Shown: one piece after another, positions 1-9,033 of the stretch | How the letters are laid out: the number at the start of each line of letters is the position of its first letter | Position numbering within the stretch: the stretch's first letter is position 1 | Origin: Geobacter metallireducens GS-15 | GTDB taxonomy: Bacteria > Desulfobacterota > Desulfuromonadia > Geobacterales > Geobacteraceae | Assembly: GCF_000012925.1 (NCBI RefSeq) | Contig: NC_007517.1 | Coordinates: 2,550,001 to 2,582,000 of the forward strand | Direction of reading: 5' to 3' | DNA: 32,000 nucleotides | Notes under the pieces: generated by a model | The model's database searches: none | What the model was told of the DNA's origin: nothing | The model's input: the letters and a program-made list of their open reading frames with translations, nothing else | Position numbers and translations under genes: made by a program

Positions 1-398
1 AATCCTGGGCAAACCGTATACAGCAACTCGATAAAGTCGATGCCAACCGCCGTGTCCATTATGAATAGCGCATTAACTTCCCCAGAACTAAGAATCATTT
101 CCAGTTCATGGGTCTTGTAGCGGGTGTTGATAGGCACCAGCCAAGCACCGATCCATGCAACAGCATTTCTGACAACAATCCACTCCGGAATGTTCGTCAT
201 CATAATGCCTACCCGATCACCTTTTTTAATACCCGCCCTCAATAACGCTTTTGCCAACTTGGATGAGAGCTCGCGCAATTCCCCCCATGACAGAATTCGA
301 TCCTTAAAAATGATCGCCGTTTTGTCACGATCAACCTTGCTGACCGTCTCATGTAGAAGTTGTGCTTGGTTCAAATTGCAATAATCCATGATATCCAT
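1..398 (-). CDS. AMP-dependent acyl-CoA synthetase/ligase, N-terminal part (gene runs off left edge)
   Basis: Absent from the ORF track (no stop in window). Hand translation of the minus strand from ATG at 398 stays open to position 1: MDIMDYCNLNQAQLLHETVSKVDRDKTAIIFKDRILSWGELRELSSKLAKALLRAGIKKGDRVGIMMTNIPEWIVVRNAVAWIGAWLVPINTRYKTHELEMILSSGEVNALF... The GIKKGDRV / N.PEW / GA..VPIN pattern is typical of ANL-superfamily N-termini. AGAGGA lies ~8 nt upstream of the ATG. Confidence 0.75.
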   Translation of the reverse strand, partial: MDIMDYCNLNQAQLLHETVSKVDRDKTAIIFKDRILSWGELRELSSKLAKALLRAGIKKGDRVGIMMTNIPEWIVVRNAVAWIGAWLVPINTRYKTHELEMILSSGEVNALFIMDTAVGIDFIELLYTVCPG

Positions 399-453
399 AG
401 GACATATCCTCTGCGATGGGGCTCGTTGTAATTGACCGGAAAAACTGCCATCG

Positions 454-487
454 CCGTGAGATTTGCACCAACGTGCAAATCTCACGG
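454..487. repeat. perfect 15-bp inverted repeat with 4-nt spacer, function unknown
   Basis: CCGTGAGATTTGCAC-caac-GTGCAAATCTCACGG read directly. It lies 56-89 nt upstream of the ligase ATG. Confidence refers to the repeat itself, not to a function. Confidence 0.9.
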
Positions 488-703
488 CTACGTTCGTATT
501 ACTGCTGGGAAACAAGGTACGATACATTATAAAATGTAGTTTTGTATAATTACACTTTCAGTCCATATCTATATTATTCATTCTAATGAACCAGCTAACT
601 TCAAGTCCACAGAAACCTCAGCATGTCATCAATTACCGCTATTAGGCGCTCTCGCTCCACCATGCAACCATGCTCAGTTACTGGCAAAACAGACCAACCC
701 CAC

Positions 704-759
704 GCAACCGAACGTTCGGTTGCATACATATATTAGTTTTTTTCAGCTCGACATGTCAA
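704..759 (-). promoter_or_regulatory. candidate sigma70 promoter plus 20-bp palindromic operator upstream of the acyl-CoA ligase
   Basis: Minus strand reads TTGACA (759-754), 18 nt, TAATAT (735-730), then the perfect palindrome GCAACCGAACGTTCGGTTGC (723-704). It shares the CCGAACG core with the sites at 2100 and 24478. Confidence 0.5.
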
Positions 760-1002
760 GTTAAAAATAGATAAATGGAACAATGTTATATATGATTTTA
801 GATTTAACGGATCGTGTCCTAACGGGTCAATTTTGTAACAGGAGAGGCTATATGGTGAGATGTGAAAGGGGATCAGCAGGAGGAAACGGTTCACATACGA
901 AAAAGACGATATGAATGTGCTTCAAGAGAAGTTTTTTTGTCGTAAGCCCATCAGGCTGTCCGAAATCGACGCCTGATAATCTTCACTGCCATAGCACTGG
1001 CC

Positions 1003-1446
1003 TCAATCCACGCGGGGCAGACATGAAAAACTAGAAAGCGACTGGATCATGAAAGTCCCCGTCGCCACGGCCGCCAATGCACCATCGGGGGCGAAAAGCT
1101 CTGCGCGACTGACCCCGATATTCTTCCCGCGCCTGATAACACTGGCATCGGCACGCAGAATATTTCCTCGCACAGGAAGCAGATAATTTACCTTGATTTC
1201 AATACTTGAGCAGGTTATGCCAGGGGGAAGCTCACTGAGAATAGCGGAACAGAGAGCGGAATCGGCAAGGTTTGCCAGAAAACCACCATGCACCGTTCCC
1301 AAGGTGTTCAGAAACTCCGGCCGTACCGGAAGCTCCAGATGCACAAATCCAGGCTTGTGTCTGACAAGGCGTACCCCTAACCACGTTTGATAATTCTTCT
1401 CGGTAAAGGAACGCTCAAGCTCTGTTAAAAGCGCACTGTTTTCCAA
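1003..1446 (-). CDS. PaaI/4HBT-family hotdog-fold acyl-CoA thioesterase
   Basis: 147-aa ORF. The motif LNTLGTVHGGFLANLADSA is characteristic of PaaI-type thioesterases. TTG start with GGGAG 9 nt upstream. Confidence 0.85.
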   Translation of the reverse strand: MENSALLTELERSFTEKNYQTWLGVRLVRHKPGFVHLELPVRPEFLNTLGTVHGGFLANLADSALCSAILSELPPGITCSSIEIKVNYLLPVRGNILRADASVIRRGKNIGVSRAELFAPDGALAAVATGTFMIQSLSSFSCLPRVD

Positions 1447-1513
1447 GCAAGGTTACTCCCAAATCTTAAGATACTGTCATTGCAATATAATAGATTTAAA
1501 TATGATCAGAAAA

Positions 1514-1984
1514 TCAATTCTCGGGTAAAAAGTATTCTTCGTAGAGATCTTCCAGTATTTGAAGATGGAGTGATTCCTCTGCCAATAGCTGTCCGAACAG
1601 GACATCGTTCTGCGCCCCGCCACTCTCATTGGCCATATGATTGTAAAAATCAATAGCCCCCTTTTCCACATGGATGGCATAGGCTAACGCCTCACGTGCG
1701 TCCGAATCAGAATGAAGCATTTTTTTGGGCAAGACATAATGGAGGTTCATAGTCGGAACCGGCCGGGTTAAGGCAGAACTCTCCAATCTTCCCTTTATCA
1801 AGGCCTTTTCCAGACGGTTTTTATGAACCAGTTTCGCAAGGGCGACCCGCCTGAGCGTTTTCTTAGCCCATTCATTCCGCACTATGTTCATAGCGTCCAG
1901 ATAGTTGTGGATGTTGTCAGTCTCAAATTTGACCGCCTTTTTCAACACAGTCTCAAATACGCCTTCATCCTTGTTCTCATACAT
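1514..1984 (-). CDS. ferritin-like / rubrerythrin-family domain protein (156 aa)
   Basis: Track ORF 1514..2194 trimmed to ATG at 1984, which has GGAGGTG 5 nt upstream (MYENKDEGVF...). C-terminal half has helical E-rich motifs (AIHVEKGAIDFY, LLAEESLHLQ with ExxH). The family call is pattern-based only. Confidence 0.6.
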   Translation of the reverse strand: MYENKDEGVFETVLKKAVKFETDNIHNYLDAMNIVRNEWAKKTLRRVALAKLVHKNRLEKALIKGRLESSALTRPVPTMNLHYVLPKKMLHSDSDAREALAYAIHVEKGAIDFYNHMANESGGAQNDVLFGQLLAEESLHLQILEDLYEEYFLPEN

Positions 1985-2099
1985 TGTTTCACCTCCGTTC
2001 TCAGCCTTCCCTCTCAGCCTAGTTATCGGTAACCGAGCACTAACCAACCCATGCCCCATATATTTGTAACAATATCTTCTCCCGCGCAAACCATCTATA

Positions 2100-2143
2100 T
2101 CGACCGTTCGGTATATTATTAACATACAACCGCACGCTGTCAA
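2100..2143 (-). promoter_or_regulatory. candidate sigma70 promoter plus operator for the ferritin-like/thioesterase unit
   Basis: Minus strand: TTGACA (2143-2138), 17 nt, AATAAT (2120-2115), ATA, CCGAACGGTCGA (2111-2100). Architecture is nearly identical to the 24478-24522 site. Confidence 0.55.
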
Positions 2144-2506
2144 GTGCAAAATAGCGACACCATATATGATTAGCCCCAGACCACTTTCACACACTCATTT
2201 GTACGTCAGGGTGTCATCTTGTGTGTTGATGCGAAACAGACTTGATGGTGGAGGTATCGTCACCTGGGTACAGAAATAGACGTCCGATACGAGCGGACGG
2301 AGAGGTAGTCATTCAAAATTGCAGTTCAAAAAACAAGACCAGTGAGTGCCACATCATATACTGTCTATCTACGTCCTGCCCGGTGGACCCATGTTCATGG
2401 GTTGTATCAACGGCGTATTCCGCCCCTGCACTGCAGGCCTTCAATTCGTAGATTACTCTGTCGCTTCGCCATCGGCACAGCAAGCCCATTTTCCCCATAT
2501 GGCGCA

Positions 2507-2689
2507 TCAGTGGCATTCATTTCCAGCATCCATATTCACCGGGAAGTCCGTTGCAGACAACGCTTCCCTGATCAGTCGCGCAAGCGCTGATTTCCGCTTC
2601 TTCTTCAAAAGCCTCATCGCCTTCATTTCTTCATCGGTGACCCTAAATGAGATAACATTGTATCGTGGAAGTCCCTTTATATCCGACAT
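2507..2689 (-). CDS. small ribbon-helix-helix (RHH, MobC/CopG-like) DNA-binding protein, 60 aa
   Basis: Track ORF 2507..2935 trimmed to ATG 2689 with GGGAGG 8 nt upstream: MSDIKGLPRYNVISFRVTDEEMKAMRLLKKKRKSALARLIREAL... This gives a beta strand (VISFRVT) plus two helices. It starts 23 nt downstream of the Fe-S oxidoreductase stop. Paralog at 10008..10181. Confidence 0.6.
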   Translation of the reverse strand: MSDIKGLPRYNVISFRVTDEEMKAMRLLKKKRKSALARLIREALSATDFPVNMDAGNECH

Positions 2690-2712
2690 TTTTGCATCCT
2701 CCCGAAAAAACC

Positions 2713-4680
<1,968 letters not shown>

Positions 4681-4751
4681 GCAAACCTCGTGTAGTTAGT
4701 AACCGGGGATTAGGGACTGGGGACCGGTAAAAGCCTTTGCTAGTCCCTAGC

Positions 4752-6104
4752 TGTTAAGTGCCACGACATCGTGGACAGAAAAATGTGCCAGCACATCGTA
4801 GACAAAGTTCTCTGACAATCGAATAGTCGCCACGGCATTCTGTGAACACCACATCAAACTCGGAGGTGTTCATGGAAGATAAAAACAAGCAGCTTCGGGT
4901 GTTGGCCGTTCAACGGTTCAGAAACGGCGAAACCCCGGAATCAATTTGCACATCACTCGGCAAGTCTCGTTCCTGGCTATACAAATGGGTTGCTCGCCAG
5001 AATGGAGATGACCCTGTATGGAGTGACGAGCGATCCCGATGCCCACAATCCATGCCGAACCGTACAACGGCAGAGATTGAAGAAATCGTCAAAATGGTTC
5101 GCCTCAATCTCTACAACAAGGGCTTGTTCTGTGGTGCACAGGCCATCCTGTGGGAGTTGGAGGACCTGGGTGTCAAGCCGTTGCCTTCTACCAGAACCAT
5201 CAATCGGATTCTTGCAAGGAATGAACTGACACATCGGCGCACCGGCAAATACGAAGCCAAAGGGACGCTTTACCCAGTTCTGCCGTCAGCGTTGCCGAAC
5301 CAGACGCACCAAGCTGATCTCGTTGGTCCATGCTATCTGACAGGGCCAATTCGCTTCTACAGCCTGAATGTTGTCGATACAGCAACCGTCAGGTGCGGGT
5401 TGCACTCATCTCGGTCCAAAGCTGGTCAGATGGTCATTGACGGTTTGTGGGAAGTCTGGAAACGACTAGGCATCCCAGAACGACTCCAGGTTGACAATGC
5501 CATGTCATTCTTCGGCAGCCCGACACATCCCCGCGGCATGGGACCACTGATTCGTCTTTGCCTGCATAACGATGTCGAACCATGGTTCATACCCATGGCT
5601 GAACCATGGAGAAACGGCATGATCGAAAAGTTCAACGACCGGTACCAACAACGGTTCCTCGGCAAAGTCATCATGACTTCAGAAGAGGAATTGAAAGTCG
5701 GCTCACTGACCTTTGAGCAGCGACACAACAGCAAGTATCGCTACAGCAAGCTAAAGGGGAGTACGCCGCTGAAAGCACTGGCCACCTCGCATGTGCAACT
5801 GAGGTTCCCGACTGAGGATGAACCTCCCAGGCATCGCCTGAAGAAGCCAGAAGTCGGAAAATATCATGCTGTCCGCCTTATCCGCAGTGACCTGAAGCTG
5901 AACATCTTCGGCGAATGCTTCTCGGTTCCACCGGAGACAGCGCTTGAATACGTGGTGGCGACTATCGATGTCAAAGAACAGAAACTGAAACTCTTCCTGG
6001 ATAAAAATCAGGTCGAGGAATTCGATTACAAACTGCGGTGATTCAGATGAGTGTCCACGATGTCATGGCACAAAAAGTTGTCCACGATGTCGTGGCACTC
6101 AACA
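4752..6104 (+). mobile_element. intact IS481-family insertion sequence (1353 bp)
   Basis: ~54-bp imperfect terminal IRs. Left end: TGTTAAGTGCCACGACATCGTGGACA...TGTGCCAGCACATCGTAGACA. Reverse complement of right end: TGTTGAGTGCCACGACATCGTGGACA...TGTGCCATGACATCGTGGACA. Perfect 6-bp direct repeat CCTAGC at 4746-4751 and 6105-6110. Single DDE transposase ORF. Confidence 0.85.
4872..6041 (+). CDS. IS481-family DDE (rve-type) transposase
   Basis: Track ORF 4842..6041 trimmed to ATG 4872 (GGAGGTG upstream). N-terminal HTH region. Candidate DDE residues in HQADLVG, QVDNAMSF and NGMIEKFN. Confidence 0.9.
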   Translation: MEDKNKQLRVLAVQRFRNGETPESICTSLGKSRSWLYKWVARQNGDDPVWSDERSRCPQSMPNRTTAEIEEIVKMVRLNLYNKGLFCGAQAILWELEDLGVKPLPSTRTINRILARNELTHRRTGKYEAKGTLYPVLPSALPNQTHQADLVGPCYLTGPIRFYSLNVVDTATVRCGLHSSRSKAGQMVIDGLWEVWKRLGIPERLQVDNAMSFFGSPTHPRGMGPLIRLCLHNDVEPWFIPMAEPWRNGMIEKFNDRYQQRFLGKVIMTSEEELKVGSLTFEQRHNSKYRYSKLKGSTPLKALATSHVQLRFPTEDEPPRHRLKKPEVGKYHAVRLIRSDLKLNIFGECFSVPPETALEYVVATIDVKEQKLKLFLDKNQVEEFDYKLR

Positions 6105-6129
6105 CCTAGCCCCTAGTCCCTGTTCTTTG

Positions 6130-7458
6130 CTAGTCCCTGTTTTTCTGCAGTTTCAGGTCGCGGATCTGTTCCGTGAGCATGGGGACGATCTGGAACAGGT
6201 CGCCGACGATGCCGTAGGTGGCGACCTCGAAGATGGGGGCGTTGCGGTCCCGGTTGATGGCGATGACGACGTCCGAGTCCTGCATCCCCACCAGGTGCTG
6301 GATGGCACCGCTGATCCCGCAGGCGATGTAGATCTTGGGACGCACCGTTTTCCCCGTCTGCCCCACCTGCCGCTCCTGGGGCATCCATCCCGCATCGACG
6401 GCACTTCTTGATGCCCCCACCACGCCGCACAGTTCGTCGGCCAGTTCCTGTAGCATGGCGAAGTTCTCGGGGGCCATCACCCCCCGCCCGCCGGAGACGA
6501 TGAAGTCGGCCCCGGCTATGTCCACGTGGCTCTTGCTCTTGGCGTCCCGGATGATTTCGATGACCTTGGTGAAGATGTTCGCTTCCGGGACACTGAACTC
6601 TTCCCGGACGATTTCCCCCGCGGTGCTGCCGGTGTGTTCCGGCATGGGCATGACGTTGGGGCGGACGGTGGCCATCTGGGGCCGGAACTTGTCGCACATG
6701 ATGGTGGCCATGATGTTGCCGCCAAACGCCGGGCGGGTCTGCATGAGGTTCCTTTTGCCGTCGATATCCAGGCCGGTGCAGTCGGCGGTAAGGCCGGTGG
6801 AGACCCGGGTGGCGACGGCACCCGCCAGGTCCCGCCCCATGCCGGTGGCCCCCATAAGGATCACCTCCGGCTTGTACTTGGCGATGAGGTGACAGCAGGC
6901 CTCCACATAGGATTCGGTGCGGTAGTGTTTAAAGACCGGCGCATCCACCAGGTAGGCTTTCCGGGCACCGTAGGCGAAGGCCTCCCGGCAGAGGTGCTCT
7001 ACGTTCTCGCCGATGACCATGGCGCACAGTTCCACCCCCAGCTTGGCCGCCAGTTCTTTCCCGACGCCGAGCAGTTCCCAGGAGACCCGGACCGGCTCCC
7101 CCTCGGTCTGTTCGATGAAGACCCAGACCCCCCGGTAGGCAGCCAGTTTCTCCGCCAGGGCGGCCGCTTCCGGATCGATCTCCTCTTCCACGGGGTCACC
7201 CTGTGCCGCCAGCTCGTCCAATATCTTCCGCTCTTCGGGGGTGAAGTACATCTCCAGGGCGGTGGCCGGGCAGATCTTGACGCATTTCTGGCAGCCGATG
7301 CATTTGGCGCTGTTGACAACCGGCTCCCCCGCATCGTTCATGTCGACGCAGTTGACCGGACAGACGCTCTGGCAGCGGGCGCCGCAGGCGATGCAGGCAC
7401 CGGCGATCAACTGGGCCACGCCACGGGGTTTCTTCATCGGTCTCTTCGCTTCGGTCAT
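6130..7458 (-). CDS. etfA: electron transfer flavoprotein alpha subunit with N-terminal 2x[4Fe-4S] ferredoxin domain
   Basis: 442 aa. N-terminus has CIACGARCQSVCP and CIGCQKCVKICP. C-terminal ETF-alpha FAD region has PKIYIACGISGAIQHLVGM. TRPAFGGNIMATI segment present. GAGG SD upstream. Confidence 0.9.
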   Translation of the reverse strand: MTEAKRPMKKPRGVAQLIAGACIACGARCQSVCPVNCVDMNDAGEPVVNSAKCIGCQKCVKICPATALEMYFTPEERKILDELAAQGDPVEEEIDPEAAALAEKLAAYRGVWVFIEQTEGEPVRVSWELLGVGKELAAKLGVELCAMVIGENVEHLCREAFAYGARKAYLVDAPVFKHYRTESYVEACCHLIAKYKPEVILMGATGMGRDLAGAVATRVSTGLTADCTGLDIDGKRNLMQTRPAFGGNIMATIMCDKFRPQMATVRPNVMPMPEHTGSTAGEIVREEFSVPEANIFTKVIEIIRDAKSKSHVDIAGADFIVSGGRGVMAPENFAMLQELADELCGVVGASRSAVDAGWMPQERQVGQTGKTVRPKIYIACGISGAIQHLVGMQDSDVVIAINRDRNAPIFEVATYGIVGDLFQIVPMLTEQIRDLKLQKNRD

Positions 7459-7623
7459 TTGAAAACCTCAGGTAACAGATAGAAAATAAACATGTATTGT
7501 TTACCGGCTGTCGATTTCGTGCAAGGTCAAGGCGCCCAAGGAATGCCGCGGAGGCGTAGCAGCGCTACGCCGCACAAGAGCAGACCGCAGGGCAACGCCG
7601 AGATTGCGCGAAAGCGGCAGCCG

Positions 7624-8439
7624 TTACAGCGCCAGCAGGTCTTTGGAAAGCAACCTGTCAATCAGCATCCGGGTCGCCGCCGCCGGCTCGGCAATGCCGT
7701 CGCCGAGGATCTCACCCTTGGCCCGCTCGGGGGAGAAGATCTTGCTGACCCAGGTGGGGGAACCCTTGAGGCCGATGCTCTGTTCGTCGAGCCCAAGGGT
7801 CTGGTTGTTCCAGACCTCCACCGTCGCTTCCGCCGCCGCCAGCCGCATGGAGACCTTTGGGTAGCGGGGTCGGTTCAGTTCACGCACGACGGTGAGCATG
7901 GCCGGCAGGGTGGTTTCCACGATTTCGTGGCGCCCTTCCAGTTTGCGGCTGACACGGATCTTCCCCCCCGCTGCATCCAGGTTCTCGATCCGGTCCACGA
8001 GGGTGAGCTGCCGGAAGTTGAGGCGGCTGGCGATACCCGGCCCCACCTGGGCGGTATCGCCGTCGATGGTCTGCTTGCCACAGAGTACGAGGCTGACCTT
8101 GTCCACCTCATCGTGCAGCTTGCGGATGGCGGCGGAAAGGACGTTGCTGGTGGCCAGGGTATCGGCACCGCCGAAGACCCGGTCGGACAGGAGGATGGCC
8201 CGGTCGACCCCCAGGGCCAGTGCTTTCTTCAAGGTGGCCTCGGCGTTGGGCGGCCCCATGGAAAGCGCAGCGACCCTGTACCCGAACCGGTCTTTGAGCC
8301 GCAGGGCCTCCTCCAGGGCATGGGTGTCGTAGGGGTTGACAATGAACGGTATCCCCTCCCGCACCAGGGTGTTGGTCACCGGGTCGATCTGGACCTGGGT
8401 CGTATCCGGTACCTGTTTGATGCAGACTACGATGAGCAT
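7624..8439 (-). CDS. etfB: electron transfer flavoprotein beta subunit (FixA/bifurcating-like signature)
   Basis: 271 aa, MLIVVCIKQVPDTT N-terminus. GKQTIDGDTAQVGP segment present. Confidence 0.9.
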   Translation of the reverse strand: MLIVVCIKQVPDTTQVQIDPVTNTLVREGIPFIVNPYDTHALEEALRLKDRFGYRVAALSMGPPNAEATLKKALALGVDRAILLSDRVFGGADTLATSNVLSAAIRKLHDEVDKVSLVLCGKQTIDGDTAQVGPGIASRLNFRQLTLVDRIENLDAAGGKIRVSRKLEGRHEIVETTLPAMLTVVRELNRPRYPKVSMRLAAAEATVEVWNNQTLGLDEQSIGLKGSPTWVSKIFSPERAKGEILGDGIAEPAAATRMLIDRLLSKDLLAL

Positions 8440-8482
8440 GGGTTATCCTCGCTTATCCTGTATTGCCTTACGCTTGTGCCAA

Positions 8483-8749
8483 CTATCCTGGCAATCGCTT
8501 TTTCGTATCCAGCACTACCCATGGCATTCCGCAGTCATGACACAATATCGTTGGCAGTTTATCATCGCCAGTAAGAAAGATATCTCCACCTGGGCTCTTA
8601 GCGCATTTCGGACAATTCATATAAAAATGTTCCTGGTATGGCGACCATAGGTTTCCGCAATGCTCACATTCTAAATAACTGCGTGATGCGCCGTAAGCAC
8701 CGAGCGTGATTTCCCTCTGAGACGAACACGAACAATGAGGACATTTCAT
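8483..8749 (-). CDS. small double zinc-ribbon protein (88 aa), function unknown
   Basis: Track ORF 8483..8848 trimmed to ATG 8749 with GAGGAGG 5 nt upstream. Four CxxC pairs (CPHC, CEHC, CPKC, CHDC). Ends 43 nt upstream of etfB. Confidence 0.55.
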   Translation of the reverse strand: MKCPHCSCSSQREITLGAYGASRSYLECEHCGNLWSPYQEHFYMNCPKCAKSPGGDIFLTGDDKLPTILCHDCGMPWVVLDTKKRLPG

Positions 8750-8873
8750 TTTTGCCTCCTCTGCCTGTACGCAACTGATCCCAGCGATACACGAAATGGT
8801 AATGGGCTCAATGGATATATCCACGTAACAACGTAATGCTCTATACACGATGTCCTATACTCTCCAGCGAATC

Positions 8874-8904
8874 AAAAAACCGGGGCAGGCACGAAGCCGG
8901 CCCC
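8874..8904 (-). terminator. rho-independent terminator downstream of the IclR gene
   Basis: Minus strand: GGGGCCGGC-ttcgt-GCCTGCCCC (one mismatch), then GG and TTTTTT. Confidence 0.6.
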
Positions 8905-9033
8905 TTGAACCACATGAACGAAGGAGTGTAACTCGGACCGGGCAGATAAAAATTGTTTGGGGTGCTTACGGCTCGACAGGAGTCTATATGCAACAACGGA
9001 AAACCATAAAGTGCAACCAGCTATTTCTCAAAT

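Noticed and set aside
124-384. 86-aa plus-strand ORF at the left edge
   Set aside because: It lies entirely antisense to a clean AMP-binding ligase N-terminus that reads through to the window edge.
852-914. 20-codon ORF (MVRCERGSAGGNGSHTKKTI) with an AGGAGAGG SD in the spacer between the thioesterase and the ligase promoter
   Set aside because: It is too short and featureless to support. It could be a leader peptide, but there is no supporting structure or conservation evidence.
1985-2194. N-terminal extensions of track ORFs (1514..2194, 2507..2935, 10315..11394, 11205..12377, 21613..22503, 22522..24426, 18177..20297, 29224..29748)
   Set aside because: In each case an internal ATG or GTG with a good Shine-Dalgarno sequence gives the canonical family N-terminus. 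The extensions are Arg/Gly-rich or overlap upstream genes or promoters.
2195-2506. Apparently non-coding 310-bp stretch with small ORFs (2242..2451 +, 2313..2516 -) and a CGTCCG-n7-CGGACG hairpin
   Set aside because: The ORFs lack SDs and motifs and overlap each other. I could not identify a terminator, RNA gene or gene remnant with any confidence, so no call is made.
8461-8490. Sigma54-like TGGCAC on the minus strand upstream of etfB
   Set aside because: The GC element at the required spacing is absent (TGGCAC-aagcg-TAAG instead of TTGC).
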